Of a stretch of 49,886 nucleotides of DNA, positions 34,861 to 46,270 are shown one piece after another (positions within the stretch are counted from its first letter, which is position 1; each line of letters begins with the position of its first letter). The notes beneath the pieces were generated by a model. That model did not search any database. It was not told the DNA's origin and saw only the letters and a program-made list of their open reading frames with translations. Source of the stretch: a virus (taxonomy: Duplodnaviria; Caudoviricetes); IMG/VR virus record IMGVR_UViG_3300020016_000008, positions 1 to 49,886 of that record; one strand, written 5' to 3'. The position numbers and the translations under genes were made by a program.

Positions 34861-35388
34861 TTACGCCGTGGCGTTTTCATCGCGGACGATGAAGACGCCG
34901 AAGTTGCCGTCGTCACCCTTCTGCACCTCGGCTTCGATCTCCAAGGTCGAGAAGTCGTCTGCGTCAGTGATGAAGCTGAAGTCGCCGGTCGGATTGACCG
35001 AGGCGCGGCCTTCGTAGTCGACCTGCTGGCCGATGTCGTTGGTGCCGACAACCCTGAACACGCCGGCGATCTCAGTCTTCTTGAAGGCCGACACGGTGAC
35101 ATTGCCATCGGTGTCCGTGCCCTTCTCGCCGAGAGTGAAGATGGCCAGGTTGTCGCCGTTGATCTCATCGAGCGTGATCTTGATGGTCGCGCCGGTCTGC
35201 GTGATCGCGGTGAAGTCCTTGACCTTGACACCCTCGCGGGACGAGAAGTGTTCTTTCTTCTCGATCGTCGGCGTCCACACAAAGCTCGGCGCGTTGCCGA
35301 GATCGACGAAGTCAGCCGCGCCGTCCTCTTTGAAGGAAACGATACCTTTGCCGATGTGATAGTTTTGGATGCTGGGTGAAGCGGGCAT
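34861..35388 (-). CDS. major tail tube protein
   Basis: NY.IGKG.V.F...DLGN.P.F....E..EHFSSR.G...KD. Confidence 0.88.
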   Translation of the reverse strand: MPASPSIQNYHIGKGIVSFKEDGAADFVDLGNAPSFVWTPTIEKKEHFSSREGVKVKDFTAITQTGATIKITLDEINGDNLAIFTLGEKGTDTDGNVTVSAFKKTEIAGVFRVVGTNDIGQQVDYEGRASVNPTGDFSFITDADDFSTLEIEAEVQKGDDGNFGVFIVRDENATA

Positions 35389-35392
35389 GGCT

Positions 35393-35851
35393 TTATAGCT
35401 CCTCTATCTTGAGTGAATATTTGAACATGAACTGCGCGCGCAGCGCGCCTTGCAGCGAGCGGCCCCAACCGAGATCGGTCTGACATCCGAGATATCGGAT
35501 CGCGCCGTTGCCGAACCGCCCGGTCTTGACGATCTGCTCGTTGAGCTCGGTATCCGTCAGCACCCGCCGGATCAGCTCCCGCCGCAAGGTCGTCAGGTCC
35601 GACCCGACCGCGTCGGCCTGCTTCACGATGACGATTTCCGGCTGCATACGCACCACGGTCGGCCGGCTGGGAGGCCGCATCGACAAGTCCGAGGCGTCGT
35701 CGGTTTCCTCGTCGCCGTCGAAGACCAGCGCCGCCGGCAACTGGTCTTCCGGAATGTCGACGCCGTTGTTGCGTTGCGCCGAGCGGATATTCGGAATGCT
35801 GGCGACCACCGCGAGCAGCCGCACCAGGATGTCCTCGCGGACGTCGATCAC
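35393..35851 (-). CDS. tail terminator-like protein
   Basis: RE.IL...; LPA..V.DGDE; position in the neck/tail module. Confidence 0.7.
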   Translation of the reverse strand: MIDVREDILVRLLAVVASIPNIRSAQRNNGVDIPEDQLPAALVFDGDEETDDASDLSMRPPSRPTVVRMQPEIVIVKQADAVGSDLTTLRRELIRRVLTDTELNEQIVKTGRFGNGAIRYLGCQTDLGWGRSLQGALRAQFMFKYSLKIEEL

Positions 35852-36210
35852 GGCAGCACTGCTTCTTTCAACAAGAAACGAACCTCGCCCCAGTCCTCGC
35901 CCATCGGGCTGCCGCGAAATTCATACGAGCGCACGGTCCAGGACCGGCCGTTAAAGGCCAGCGTCGCGTCCATGTAGTCATCGCGCGGAATGCCCTTGCC
36001 TGTAAGCTCGTAGATGCAAGCAAAGGCACCCGGCCCGACGCTGCGCACTTCCGCGACTGTAGCCGCAGTCAGGATAGGCAGCACCTTCGGCCGCGTGTCG
36101 TCGATGACCGTAATCTCGACCGCAGTGCCGCCGGCAATCGTCATCGTCGCCGGCACGCCGAGCTCTGCATAGACAGGATCGTAGAGCAGCGCGCTGTAAT
36201 CGATGGCCAT
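35848..36210 (-). CDS. head-tail joining protein
   Basis: Size, position and beta-barrel-like pattern. Confidence 0.7.
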   Translation of the reverse strand: MAIDYSALLYDPVYAELGVPATMTIAGGTAVEITVIDDTRPKVLPILTAATVAEVRSVGPGAFACIYELTGKGIPRDDYMDATLAFNGRSWTVRSYEFRGSPMGEDWGEVRFLLKEAVLP

Positions 36211-36214
36211 CGCG

Positions 36215-36502
36215 CTAGATCAGCTTCTGCACCGCAGTTTCGACCGCGCCCTGCAAAGCTGCGTCTGTAACAGCGGTGCCTTCGGCTTGCACGCTGGCGT
36301 CCCAGACCACGGTCGGAATCACCTGCGCAGTGGCGCCTTCCGGATTGACCAGAGTGGTCATGCTCCACTTGTATCTTGTTGGGTGCGCCGGCACGCTCGG
36401 TGCCTCATCCGCGATATAGCTCGCAAATTTTGCGCACGCCACTGTCACTCGCCCGCGGAACGCCTGATCCCGCATCAGCTCGAACGTCTCCTCATAGGTC
36501 AT
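36215..36502 (-). CDS. hypothetical protein (fibre-associated)
   Basis: GAGG RBS; coupled to the fibre gene. Confidence 0.7.
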   Translation of the reverse strand: MTYEETFELMRDQAFRGRVTVACAKFASYIADEAPSVPAHPTRYKWSMTTLVNPEGATAQVIPTVVWDASVQAEGTAVTDAALQGAVETAVQKLI

Positions 36503-38394
36503 GTTGGTGTTCCTCGTTGTCTCTTTTCGAGCATTTCAATCTGGTCCAGCGCGCCAGCAAACGCAGTCGCCAGCAGCTCGACCGCGAGCCAGAGTCGATT
36601 GTGCATCTCTCCCAGCGAAAGCGTGTTGTGCCGCCACTCGTCTTTGGTCGGCATCCCCGGCAATGCTTCGTCGGCTAACATGCGCTTGATGTACGCTCGC
36701 GGATCGCGCGGGTCGAACTCCTTGACCATCGCGGCGAACTTGCGCGCCGGCTCATGCTCGCCGTTCGGGCTGAGCTTGTCCCATTCGGCGACATCGACCT
36801 TGCCGTATTTGAGATACTCGACGCCGAAGCACGTCAACACCACGCCATCGTCATAGACGGCCTGCGCGTTGATCGAGCCCGGCCCGCCATTGCCGCCAGA
36901 TGTTGGGTTGCCCCACACCAGCGAGCCGCCCGGATGGACCTGTCCACAAAACGCGCCGTTTGTCGAAAACGCAATTGGTGTAGCCGCGTCAGTCAGAAGG
37001 TTCAGGGCATTCGTGCCGCCGAACCCGCTGTAGGTCGACGACCCCATGAATATGTACGATAGGAGGGCGGCGTTGTTCTTGAAAATAACGGCAGCCGATG
37101 CGTTGCTGGCCGCGCTCTTGTTCTCGACAGTCAGCCCATGATTGCCTGCGATAGTTGCCGACGTCACAATATAGTCAGCAGCATTGATGTTGCCGCCGAC
37201 ATTGACAGCACCACCGACTCCGAGCCCACCGGCCACCGTCAGCGCGCCGGTCGTGGGGGAGGAGGAAGCGGTGGCGTCCTGAATGGTAAGCGGTGCCCCA
37301 GTCAAATAGAAACGACTGGCTGCGCTATAATACTCCAGCCATTTGTTGGCCGCGTTGCCGAAATAATAGATGCCGTTGGCAGGAGTGGATCGAATACTGG
37401 TGATCTCACCGCCGTAAATATTGCCGCCGATCCCTAGTCCGCCAGCCACCGTCAGCGCGCCAGTGGTCGGCGAGGTGGAGGCGGTGGTCGATTGCAGCAC
37501 CAGCGCGCCAGCACTACTGATGGTCAAATTGCCAGCCAACGTTCCACCGGCCAGCGGCAGATAGTTTGCAGCCTTGGTGACGACGAAGGCGGTCGTCGCT
37601 ATCGACGTGTCGTTGTCGCCAGCCGTTGGCGTTGGCGCCGTTGGATTGCCTGTCAATGCCGGCGAGGCCAGCGGCGCGTAGGCTGACAGATCAATCGACA
37701 GCGTGGTGCCGACCAACGACAACGGCGCGTTGGCAGTGACAACGCCGGCCGGGCCTTGCGGTCCCTGTGGACCGGGGACTGTCGAATCGGCGCCGGCAGG
37801 ACCAGTGGGGCCTGGGTCGCCCTGCGGGCCTTGCGGACCTTGCGATCCGCTGGCGCCCGGCATGCCTGGAAGGCCTTGCGGACCTTGAGGGCCGACTGCT
37901 CCGGGATCGCCTTGTGGCCCCTGCGGCCCCTCTGGCCCAGGTGGGCCCTCAGGTCCAGGCGGCCCTGCCGTCTCGTCACCGCCGCCGCCGCCGCCAGCGC
38001 CACCGGGAACGGCGCGGCGATCGACATATTGCTTCGTCGCCACTTCCATCGACTGTGATGGGTCTCGCGCAACTGTAAGCGTGCCGTCATCAATCAACAT
38101 ATCGCCGTGGATGAGCGGACCGACGATTTCCGGCTTGCGCTGCCTGACGAGTGGGCCTTCGCCGGTGCTGGGGCCAGTCGGCCCCTCCGGCCCAGGCGGA
38201 CCCTGCGGACCAGCCGGTCCCGGATCGCCTTGCAATCCCTGCAGGCCACGTTTGCCAGGATGGGCATTCAATGCCCTCCAAAGCACTTTGCGGCTTTGTT
38301 CAGTAATCAACTTAGGTTTCCCTTTTGAACGCAAACGTCCCGATGTCCTCGCGGCCGAGCTCGGTCTCGACCGCGCTTTCCGATACCAATTCAA
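36499..38394 (-). CDS. collagen-repeat fibre protein with a C-terminal chaperone-like coiled coil
   Basis: Gly-X-Y runs, [26 protein letters not shown], duplicated [14 protein letters not shown]; real start probably TTG near 38271. Confidence 0.85.
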   Translation of the reverse strand: MNWYRKARSRPSSAARTSGRLRSKGKPKLITEQSRKVLWRALNAHPGKRGLQGLQGDPGPAGPQGPPGPEGPTGPSTGEGPLVRQRKPEIVGPLIHGDMLIDDGTLTVARDPSQSMEVATKQYVDRRAVPGGAGGGGGGDETAGPPGPEGPPGPEGPQGPQGDPGAVGPQGPQGLPGMPGASGSQGPQGPQGDPGPTGPAGADSTVPGPQGPQGPAGVVTANAPLSLVGTTLSIDLSAYAPLASPALTGNPTAPTPTAGDNDTSIATTAFVVTKAANYLPLAGGTLAGNLTISSAGALVLQSTTASTSPTTGALTVAGGLGIGGNIYGGEITSIRSTPANGIYYFGNAANKWLEYYSAASRFYLTGAPLTIQDATASSSPTTGALTVAGGLGVGGAVNVGGNINAADYIVTSATIAGNHGLTVENKSAASNASAAVIFKNNAALLSYIFMGSSTYSGFGGTNALNLLTDAATPIAFSTNGAFCGQVHPGGSLVWGNPTSGGNGGPGSINAQAVYDDGVVLTCFGVEYLKYGKVDVAEWDKLSPNGEHEPARKFAAMVKEFDPRDPRAYIKRMLADEALPGMPTKDEWRHNTLSLGEMHNRLWLAVELLATAFAGALDQIEMLEKRQRGTPT

Positions 38395-38998
38395 AGCCGC
38401 AAGCCTTCATCGCAGTCACGAGCCCGTCGCTGGTAAAATACCAGTAATGCTCATTCGGCCGGAAATGCTTCGAACGCAGCGCATGCTCGGCATCGCAGAA
38501 GATCGGCAACGACAGGAACAACCACTCGCGGCAGTTGGCGAGCAGCGACTGGAAATCCGCCATGTGCTCGAGCACGTCCCAGAGCGTCATGGCGTCGAAC
38601 GGGATCAGATAGGGGTCGACCAACAACATCTGATCGTCCAGCCACAGCAGGGCGGTTGGATTGACATCGAAGCCGTAGGTCGTTCGTTGCCGCCGTCGTC
38701 GTGCCGTGATGAACGCGCCCGAGCCGATGCCGACATCGATCAGCGTCCCGCGGAAATGCCGCTCGACAAAGTCGCAACGCGCCCGCATTAGAGCGCGCCC
38801 GAGATTGGTCTGCGCATTGCGGGCGTAACGATCGAAATATTCCTTGTCGTAAGGCCCGGCAATCTGGACCGGGTAGAACCCGATGCCAAGCTGCGGCCAC
38901 CATGTCAGGCGGCCAGCCGAAAACTGCCTGACCAGCGACGGAACTGCCCGACCGGGTCCGTGATCCTCTTGTCGCAGTTGTGCAGCATATTCGTGCAT
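38312..38998 (-). CDS. class I SAM-dependent methyltransferase
   Basis: [15 protein letters not shown] and TLWDVLEH; start uncertain. Confidence 0.85.
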   Translation of the reverse strand: MHEYAAQLRQEDHGPGRAVPSLVRQFSAGRLTWWPQLGIGFYPVQIAGPYDKEYFDRYARNAQTNLGRALMRARCDFVERHFRGTLIDVGIGSGAFITARRRRQRTTYGFDVNPTALLWLDDQMLLVDPYLIPFDAMTLWDVLEHMADFQSLLANCREWLFLSLPIFCDAEHALRSKHFRPNEHYWYFTSDGLVTAMKACGFELVSESAVETELGREDIGTFAFKRET

Positions 38999-39804
38999 TG
39001 GCAGAAAGCCTCCGGCATTGCAAAGCCGATCTGGCTCAGGTCGAGCCGCGGGTCGGTGATCTTCGCGGGCGCGTTGTGGCCGCCGTGGCCGCCCAACACC
39101 ACAAAGATTTTCTTCCGCAGGGCCAGCCCCGCCGGCACGATCCAGCCGACACCGCCGACGACGACGTCGGCCTCGCGGACCAGCGTGAGCAACTCGCGCA
39201 CATTGAGCTCACCGAAGACGAAGTAATGGTGCGCTGGCGGCAGCTCGCCGACCGCCCATTCCTGGCCCGGCTCGAGGTCGGCAACCGCGACCACCGTATG
39301 CGTTGCCATCAACTCGGCAGCGATCGCGTTGACGTATTCCGGCCGCGGGTTGCGCGACTCGCCGCGCCATTCCATCCGCACCGTCACCGGCCGCACCACC
39401 GCGATCGGCCGCTGCCCGCGATGCGCCGGAATCGCCGGCGGCGGTCCCATGTCGGGCAGATCGAACAGCGCCGGATCGAAGGCGACCCGCAGCGCCGAAT
39501 GCCATCGACGCTCGAGCGCTGTGATGATCGAGGCTGCCGTCGTCAGGTCGCTGCCGTAGCAGACCTGGACCTCGCGCATCGGCAACGGCCGCAACCAGCG
39601 CTCCGGACGCTGCCGCGCGATGTTCTTCAACTGCGTGCGCAGCTTGCGCTTGCCAAGCACGAACTTGATGTCGAGGTCTTCATACAGTTCCGGCCACGGC
39701 GTCTCGAGATGGACCTCGTATTGTTTCGCCGCCGCCCGCACGAACGGCCGCGCGTAGCAGTTGTCGCCCAAACCCCACATCCCGCGGATCAGGACCGGCC
39801 TCAC
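38905..39804 (-). CDS. GT-B glycosyltransferase (GT9-like)
   Basis: GLGDN; L..L..LV..AD.VVG..G....AGLAL....FVV.GG. Confidence 0.75.
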   Translation of the reverse strand: MRPVLIRGMWGLGDNCYARPFVRAAAKQYEVHLETPWPELYEDLDIKFVLGKRKLRTQLKNIARQRPERWLRPLPMREVQVCYGSDLTTAASIITALERRWHSALRVAFDPALFDLPDMGPPPAIPAHRGQRPIAVVRPVTVRMEWRGESRNPRPEYVNAIAAELMATHTVVAVADLEPGQEWAVGELPPAHHYFVFGELNVRELLTLVREADVVVGGVGWIVPAGLALRKKIFVVLGGHGGHNAPAKITDPRLDLSQIGFAMPEAFCQCTNMLHNCDKRITDPVGQFRRWSGSFRLAA

Positions 39805-40370
39805 GCGACCCGCTCGAACACCAGCGACGTGCCGGTGATGTGCACGAGATTACGCCCCTCGGCATGGAGCCGATCCAGCACTGCGGTCACCTCGGCCGGC
39901 GTATTCTGGTAATCGTGCCAGATGATCATCCCGCCAGGTCCCACGACCGAGGCCGCCCAGAGGCTGTCCTGCAGTACATTGCGCGGGCCGTGGTCCCCAT
40001 CGATGAACACGACATCGGCGGATTGCGGCAGCTCTTCCTTGCCGCGCAGGATGAGTCGGAAGCGCGGATCGTCTTTCACCAGCCGGCCAGGCTCGGCCGG
40101 ACGATCGTGCTGCTGCCACGCTCCCTCGAACCGATAGTCGGCCTCCACGTCGACGCCGATGTACTTGCTGATGGATGGAACATGTTGCAGCACCGATTTT
40201 GCAGTCAGCCCGATGTTGACGCCGATCTCGCACATGACTTCCGGCGCGGGTGCAATGCTGTCGACCAACGCCAGCAATGCCTCCTGCTCGCCGGGTTCCA
40301 TGTACGGGCGTTTCACTTCTGGGCCGGTGACGCCCAAATCGGACTTGCTGATGCAAGGTAGAGGCATCAC
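39801..40370 (-). CDS. class I SAM methyltransferase (Methyltransf_24-like)
   Basis: EIGVNIG, IGVD, DVVFIDGDH and GGMIIWHDY. Confidence 0.88.
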   Translation of the reverse strand: MMPLPCISKSDLGVTGPEVKRPYMEPGEQEALLALVDSIAPAPEVMCEIGVNIGLTAKSVLQHVPSISKYIGVDVEADYRFEGAWQQHDRPAEPGRLVKDDPRFRLILRGKEELPQSADVVFIDGDHGPRNVLQDSLWAASVVGPGGMIIWHDYQNTPAEVTAVLDRLHAEGRNLVHITGTSLVFERVA

Positions 40371-41008
40371 GCAGCCTGCCGCTCGCCGAGCACGTCTTGC
40401 AGGCTGACGACCGGCCACAAATCGGCGTAGGCACTGGGGCCGGCAGCGATCAGCAGCGTGACGCTCATCATCCGCAGCGGCTCGACCATGGTGGCGATGT
40501 CGGCGCGGTGGCGGTCGTATCGCTCCGGCTTCGGCCCCCAGCGGTGCGGCTTGTGGTGCCAGACCCTGCCATCGGCCGCCGCCCGGCCGTCGGCGCCGAG
40601 CCAGACGATCGTCCCGCCGCGGCCGACCAGATGCGCCGCCAGGTTGGTCGCCGCGGTCAGCGAGGTCCATTTCTGCATCAGGCAAGTCGGGTCCTGCGAC
40701 AGTCCTGGCGGCTTGCCCTTGCGGCAGATGAGGACCTTCGGGTCGCTCACGATTTGCGACGTGGTGACGACCCGCCCGCCGAAGCTCGCGACCGCCGCCT
40801 TGTTCTCCGGCTCGTTCCACCAACGCCAGTCGCCAAAATACAGGATGTCCGCCCACGGCACCCGATGAACGCTCGAGTTGATGACGATCACCCGGCGCCC
40901 GCGCAGCTGCTCGAGGTCGTGATCGAGCACCGACGGGCCGCCGGCGACGATGAAGCAGCACTCGCCTGGCCACTCGCGCGGCACCGACCAGAATGGATTA
41001 CGCGACAT
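40367..41008 (-). CDS. DUF115/Maf-like (sialyltransferase-fold) putative glycosyltransferase
   Basis: CFIVAGGPSV, VIVIN, S...A.NLA.HL and IVWLGAD. Confidence 0.7.
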   Translation of the reverse strand: MSRNPFWSVPREWPGECCFIVAGGPSVLDHDLEQLRGRRVIVINSSVHRVPWADILYFGDWRWWNEPENKAAVASFGGRVVTTSQIVSDPKVLICRKGKPPGLSQDPTCLMQKWTSLTAATNLAAHLVGRGGTIVWLGADGRAAADGRVWHHKPHRWGPKPERYDRHRADIATMVEPLRMMSVTLLIAAGPSAYADLWPVVSLQDVLGERQAA

Positions 41009-41606
41009 GCAGCCGCCGGTACGGCCGGATGAGATCGACGACCGGCGCGGACAGGTATCCCGACGACCCGGTAGCCAGCGGCGACGTGAAATAGCTGATC
41101 CGCGTGTCGCCGTGCTGCACCTCGCGGATAGCAGGGTCACGCCCGCCGGTCGCGCGCGTCTCGCTGATCGCCTCGATGACGGCCTTGGCCAGCCTGGCCG
41201 GCGCCTCCTCCGGCAGATCATATCCGCCGGAATAGGTCACGCTGACGACGTCGGCGAAATTGCCCTGCGTCCAGATCCGGCCGCTCGCCGGATCGAAGTC
41301 ATAGCCGTCCGTCGTTCCTGCGAGTTCGATGACCTCGACCACCGGGTACAGCGTCAGCGTCAGCGCCTGCCGCGTCGGCATGACCTCGTTGGGATCAAAG
41401 CGAAACGTCTCAAGCGCCTCGGCGCGGCCGAAACGCCGGTCGCAATATTCGGCAATGATCCGTGATTGAAACGTAATTGCCGCCTGCAGCGCGTCGTCCT
41501 CGCTGCTGTCCGTGATCCCAAGCGCGAATTTCAGGTCGGCAAGACTGATCAGGTCTGGCCCGGCCGAGTCGGTCGACTCGTCGAGGATTTCAAAGACTGA
41601 ATGCAT
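40998..41606 (-). CDS. head-tail connector (gp6-like)
   Basis: LISLADLK..L, I..YCDR.F, VTYSGGY...P..L..A and L.PYRR. Confidence 0.85.
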   Translation of the reverse strand: MHSVFEILDESTDSAGPDLISLADLKFALGITDSSEDDALQAAITFQSRIIAEYCDRRFGRAEALETFRFDPNEVMPTRQALTLTLYPVVEVIELAGTTDGYDFDPASGRIWTQGNFADVVSVTYSGGYDLPEEAPARLAKAVIEAISETRATGGRDPAIREVQHGDTRISYFTSPLATGSSGYLSAPVVDLIRPYRRLHVA

Positions 41607-42359
41607 CTACTTCAACCTGACCGGCTCGAGCGCGCGCTTGTCTTCCGGCCGCCAGTCGCGGCCGTCGGCGCCGCGCTTCACGGCCAGGCGCCAGTCGTCG
41701 CTCTTGCCCGGCTTCGCGGTGGTCGCGACCTGCGCGATGAACAACGAGCCGCCATGGCTGACGGTATCGCCGGCCGCATATTCGCGCTCGGTCCACACTC
41801 CTGCATCGAGCGGGATGCCCGTTTTGATCTCGTGATCTTTGCCGCCGAGAGCCGCGTTCAGCGTCCGGCCGCCGTCCGCAGAGGTGAACGATGCCTTCGC
41901 GAAGACGTCGGCGATCTCAGCCGCGACTTGCTCAACGATGTAGCTGCGCAGCAGCGTGAGGTCGGCGGCATCGCGCCCGTCACGGCCAGCATCGCCCTTC
42001 TCGCCCGTATCGCCCGGCTGGCCTTGCGCGCCAGATGGCCCGCTTTCGCCCGCCGGGCCCTGCTGGCCGCGTTCGCCGGGGGCCCCCAGCAAACCCTGCG
42101 GTCCCGGCTCGCCGGCCGCCCCTGGGCTTCCAGGCGGCCCCGGCGGCCCTTCTGGCCCGGCCAATCCCTGCGGCCCTGGCAGCCCCTGCTGGCCTTGCGG
42201 CCCTTCGGCCCCTCCGTCACCGGCCGGCCCCGGCTCGCCCTTCTCGACCGGCCGCGCCTCGAGCACGGCCAGGCGCGCGGTGAGCATTCCCAGTTCGGCG
42301 TCGACGTATGCTTTCACCGCCTCGAAGCCGCGATCGAACGCTGTCTGCAAATCCATCAC
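41607..42359 (-). CDS. collagen-like head-associated protein
   Basis: Gly-X-Y run, GRDGRD, and GVW...Y..GD.V.HGGS..IA....KPG.SD.W.LAVKRG. Confidence 0.85.
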   Translation of the reverse strand: MMDLQTAFDRGFEAVKAYVDAELGMLTARLAVLEARPVEKGEPGPAGDGGAEGPQGQQGLPGPQGLAGPEGPPGPPGSPGAAGEPGPQGLLGAPGERGQQGPAGESGPSGAQGQPGDTGEKGDAGRDGRDAADLTLLRSYIVEQVAAEIADVFAKASFTSADGGRTLNAALGGKDHEIKTGIPLDAGVWTEREYAAGDTVSHGGSLFIAQVATTAKPGKSDDWRLAVKRGADGRDWRPEDKRALEPVRLK

Positions 42360-43705
42360 GCGGCCCTCACGAATAGGCTGGAGACCCGGTCAAAATTGAT
42401 GGACTTGGCGGCCGCTTGTTCTGGCGGCGGCGGCGGCAATGCCGGGGTCTTCGCGAACGGATCGGCCTGTGTGTCGCGCTTGGCGAGCGCGGCGAGCGAA
42501 TAATTCTGCTGCTGCAGGTACGGCGACTCGCCGCCCTTGACCGGCTTGAGGTCGAGCTTGCTGCGACCTTCATTCGGCGACATGACGCCAGCGCCGACCG
42601 CATCGCGAAGGGTCGTCACCAACGTCGTGGTATCCATGCGCAACAGCGTTTCGGTGTCGAACTCGGTCCCGAAGCTTGTCCCGTCGAGGCCGAGCCCGTA
42701 GTCGAGCAGCTCCTCGATCTCCTCGATGTGGCTTTGCAGCGCCTGCGAATAATATTCGACGTTGAGCGCCTGAACGTTGTTGTACGATGGCAATGCACCG
42801 ACACCGACCTTGTACGGCGGAACATGATAAACACTGCACACGACCTCGGCCGACCATTTCAGCGACTCGATCAACTGCCCTTCGACGTTGGTCATCGAAA
42901 CTCGTTCGTATTTCAACCCACCACCCAAGATCGCGACGCGGCCACGATTGCCGCGCATGAACCGCTGCTCCCATTCGGTCTTGAACCGATCCTGATCAAT
43001 CGCGTCGATGTTCCCAGGCGCGGTGATGATGCCGCCGGGCGTCGAGCTGTTTTCGAACAACAGTGCCGAGGCGTTCTGCGCGTTGAGGCCGAGCATCGAA
43101 GCAAGCCCGCTGGCGAAGACCGGCGGCGTGCCGACCAGCGGATGGAATAGGCAATTCATTCGGTCGTGGATGATCTCGCGCGCCGGCACGATGATATCCG
43201 TATCGATGCCGGCGAGGTTGTCGGTGCTCAGCCGGTAGAACACGCTCTCGTCGTCAGCGATGAGCGGCTGCACCCTGGTCGGATCGAGCACGTGCAGGGC
43301 AACGACGACCTGACGGTTATCGCGCTCCTTGAGGACGTAGGTATTGCCGCGGCTGAGTTTCGAGAGCAGCCAGCATTCCCAGAATTGATTGCGCGTTTGA
43401 TAGTCATTAGGGCGCCTAAGCACCGGACTAAATGCAGGGTTGGTCGTTTCGCTCCAAATATCATCGCTGTCCTTCTCGGCGAGCTTGACGCGCAGTTTTG
43501 CGATGTCGCGCGCGATCAGCGTCTTGCAGGCGAAGTCGGCGTGGAAGCTGGCCGCCGTGTCAGTGTTGATCGTGACGTTGCGTTGCCAGGCGCCGGCGTA
43601 TGGCTCGCGGATGATCGGATACCAGCCGCCGCTGTATGCCGAGACCGAGGCCAGCGCCTTCTGCTTCTCGCCGGTGAACGGGACCGGCAAGCCGAAGATG
43701 CGCAT
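42356..43705 (-). CDS. portal protein (HK97 family)
   Basis: FAC...IA.DIAKL, RPN.YQ, GN.YV, EIIH.R and NEGR...L.PV.GG. Confidence 0.95.
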   Translation of the reverse strand: MRIFGLPVPFTGEKQKALASVSAYSGGWYPIIREPYAGAWQRNVTINTDTAASFHADFACKTLIARDIAKLRVKLAEKDSDDIWSETTNPAFSPVLRRPNDYQTRNQFWECWLLSKLSRGNTYVLKERDNRQVVVALHVLDPTRVQPLIADDESVFYRLSTDNLAGIDTDIIVPAREIIHDRMNCLFHPLVGTPPVFASGLASMLGLNAQNASALLFENSSTPGGIITAPGNIDAIDQDRFKTEWEQRFMRGNRGRVAILGGGLKYERVSMTNVEGQLIESLKWSAEVVCSVYHVPPYKVGVGALPSYNNVQALNVEYYSQALQSHIEEIEELLDYGLGLDGTSFGTEFDTETLLRMDTTTLVTTLRDAVGAGVMSPNEGRSKLDLKPVKGGESPYLQQQNYSLAALAKRDTQADPFAKTPALPPPPPEQAAAKSINFDRVSSLFVRAA

Positions 43706-44055
43706 CAGCCGCGCGCCTTCCTGATTTCGTCCTGCAGCCGGATCGTGCCCCAGCGGCCGTCGACCTCGATGCCGAGCTGCTCGGCTTCCGCGCGCAGGCT
43801 CTCATTGCGCTCGACAGAGGCAACGAGCGTCGGCTCGGGGACGGCTGCCGGCTCGGGAGGGGCCCGAACCGGCACCGGTTGCGGCGGCGGGTTCTTGGGA
43901 GGACGCGAAGTCGCCGCCGCAAAGCGGGCTTTCTTGCTGGCGAGCAGCGCGAGCGCATGCCGCGCTGGCGCCTCGTATTCGTCTCCGGCGGTCAGATGCC
44001 GTGTGCCATACCTATGAGGCTTGATGGCAATCAGCCTGCTGATCTTCTTTTGCAT
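43705..44055 (-). CDS. hypothetical protein after the capsid gene
   Basis: C-terminal LR..A..LGI.VDGRW...RL..EI (HeH-like). Confidence 0.75.
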   Translation of the reverse strand: MQKKISRLIAIKPHRYGTRHLTAGDEYEAPARHALALLASKKARFAAATSRPPKNPPPQPVPVRAPPEPAAVPEPTLVASVERNESLRAEAEQLGIEVDGRWGTIRLQDEIRKARG

Positions 44056-44103
44056 TCAAACTCTCCGGAGAACGAGGGCAAGCTTCTTGGATGGCCCGAC
44101 CCG

Positions 44104-46083
44104 TTACGCGGTGTGAACCGGGCCGCCCCAATCGGCACTCGTCAGATACGCCACCGACTGCGTCCGCCGGCGCATCCAGTTGATCGTGCGCTCCGCTCGA
44201 ATCGCAACCGTGTTGGTCTGGAACATCGAGACGAGCGTTGACGAGCCGGTCGGCGTGATCGAATCGTGTGCGGGCGCATCCGACATTTCCAGCGAGGCCT
44301 CGCGGCTCATGTCGACGGTGATGTCGCCGTCGTCCGCCAGGTAGACATCCGAAGCGTTGACCAGAGCGACGATACCGGCGGGGACATAATCGCTGGCGAT
44401 CACCGGCATGCCGTTGAGCGTTCCGCCGGTCATGTTCATCGTTGGGAATTCAAGCTGCCCCAGCGGATTGGTCATCATCGCCAGAGCAACAGCGTTGTTA
44501 GACTGCATGATCCAAACGCCGCTCGATACCGGGTTATTGGCTGCGCTAAATTTGGCATAGAGCGAACGAATATCGAGGCGGATGTCGTCGGCATCATCGC
44601 CGGATGAGACGATCGATGCGGCGCCATTGGTGATCGAGGCTGGCGACACTCCCGCCACCGCCGCCTTGGTCGGTGTGATGAAGTCGAGATCGAGTCGCTC
44701 GCGCAGCGCCTCGGCCAAACTGTCACGAATGATCATGTCAGCCTTCGGGCTGCTGTCTCTGATGCACTCGTCCGTTACGGCGCAGATGTTTGCGACCTTT
44801 AACGGCCCCAGCGTCGTGCGCGTGAACGCAAACGAGGTTAACGGCTTGGCCTTCCCCTGCCCCACCCAATAGCCAGCACCGCCACCGGTTTGAGTGATCA
44901 ACGGCGTACGGAATGGCACCATTCGCAGCGCTGGGACGCCACCATTTCCGAATCTTCCCAGGATCGTCATCGGGCGAAGGTATGCGACGAAGTCGGCCAG
45001 CGCGCTGGTCTCCGCACCGACCAGGTTGGCAGCCCAGTTACCGCTGACAGTCGCTGCCGCCGGCACGTTAGCCTTTGTCAAGGTTTCGTATACGGTTGAA
45101 TCCGGACCATACATCCGGGCCGCCATTTCAACAGGGCTGAAGAACTGGCGCGACATCGAGAGAAGCGAATTCATCTGGCATTTCCAGATGCGTGTGGCCT
45201 CGATGCCGGGCGGCAAAGCCGGCTGGGTCCGAACGACAATGCCACCACGCAGCGCAGCGCCTTCGGCCGCAGTCTCGGCCTTCGCGATTGGCTTGGCGGC
45301 AAACGCCTTGGCCTTCTCGACCGCGCGCAGCCGGACCAGATCCTTGTCGATGGCCTCGAGATCGCCTGATAGCTTGTCGAATTCGTCCTGCTCCTCCGCG
45401 TTGGTCGTACGCTCCTCATCAAGCGTCTTTTGCATGATGGCTTCCATGCGCGCAGCGCTGGCTGCTCGCTTGGCCTCAAGAGCAGTGAGCTGTTCTGTAA
45501 TTGTCTTCATCGTAGCGCCCTCCTGGGCTGACCGTTTCGATGATCCCGAGGCGCCGGGTGGGTTGAGATGAACGACACGATGCAGCGCTTTCTGGCCGGG
45601 CGCGGCCCGCTGCGCGATGTCGATCGATTTGATGGTCGCGATGGTGGCCTCGCTGTTCGCCGGGATTGTCACGGCCGAAAGCTCCAAGAAATCCCATTTG
45701 ATGAAGCGCATCCCGTTGGTCTTGTCGATGAATGCGGTCTCGATCGGCTGAAACCCGATCGAGAGGCCCTGCACCAGCTTAGCTTTGATCGACTGCCATG
45801 CTTCGTCGAGACGATCCTTGAGCCGTCCTGGCTCGGCGATGCGCGCGATGTTGGCGACAATCTCGATGCCGGCCTTGCTGACCTTTGCCTTCGTGACGTG
45901 GCCGATCGGCTGCTTGGAGTCGTGCTGCCATAGCAGCGGCAACGGCAGTTTGAACTGTGCGCCCTCGGGCTCGATCACGTCGTCGATGCGGTCCGGAGTC
46001 GGCGTCGTGGCCATGCCGGTGATGACACGCGCGTCCTCGTCGACCTGCTTTATCGAGAGCAGGCTGTAAGCACGGTTAAGCAT
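44104..46083 (-). CDS. prohead protease-major capsid protein fusion (HK97 fold)
   Basis: G.ATTP.PDR..D, LLWQHD, GLSIGF and ELSAVTIPAN, followed by a coiled coil and a capsid domain. Confidence 0.95.
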   Translation of the reverse strand: MLNRAYSLLSIKQVDEDARVITGMATTPTPDRIDDVIEPEGAQFKLPLPLLWQHDSKQPIGHVTKAKVSKAGIEIVANIARIAEPGRLKDRLDEAWQSIKAKLVQGLSIGFQPIETAFIDKTNGMRFIKWDFLELSAVTIPANSEATIATIKSIDIAQRAAPGQKALHRVVHLNPPGASGSSKRSAQEGATMKTITEQLTALEAKRAASAARMEAIMQKTLDEERTTNAEEQDEFDKLSGDLEAIDKDLVRLRAVEKAKAFAAKPIAKAETAAEGAALRGGIVVRTQPALPPGIEATRIWKCQMNSLLSMSRQFFSPVEMAARMYGPDSTVYETLTKANVPAAATVSGNWAANLVGAETSALADFVAYLRPMTILGRFGNGGVPALRMVPFRTPLITQTGGGAGYWVGQGKAKPLTSFAFTRTTLGPLKVANICAVTDECIRDSSPKADMIIRDSLAEALRERLDLDFITPTKAAVAGVSPASITNGAASIVSSGDDADDIRLDIRSLYAKFSAANNPVSSGVWIMQSNNAVALAMMTNPLGQLEFPTMNMTGGTLNGMPVIASDYVPAGIVALVNASDVYLADDGDITVDMSREASLEMSDAPAHDSITPTGSSTLVSMFQTNTVAIRAERTINWMRRRTQSVAYLTSADWGGPVHTA

Positions 46084-46095
46084 GGCGGTATTTCC

Positions 46096-46173
46096 TCAGA
46101 TCAGCAGAGCGACGACGATGGCGCCGGCGGCGATGACCACCCAGAGGATCAGGACCAAATAGTATTGCCGCAT
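46096..46173 (-). CDS. 25-aa TM peptide
   Basis: MRQYYLVLILWVVIAAGAIVVALLI. Confidence 0.4.
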   Translation of the reverse strand: MRQYYLVLILWVVIAAGAIVVALLI

Positions 46174-46270
46174 GTATTGTCCAAGAAATAACCTATAGTG
46201 TTCGCGTTTTCTACTTGCACTGTTCTATGAATACTATATTTTAACTTCATCGAAACAAAGGGACACAGAC

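Noticed and set aside
44167-44184. Exact 9-nt half-spacer matches (CCGGCGCAT in the capsid gene; CTCCTTCGG near 19408 and 32117)
   Set aside because: The adjacent 9 bp do not match the partner spacer, and single 9-mers occur by chance. I saw no perfect 18-bp self-target, but the search was by eye and not exhaustive
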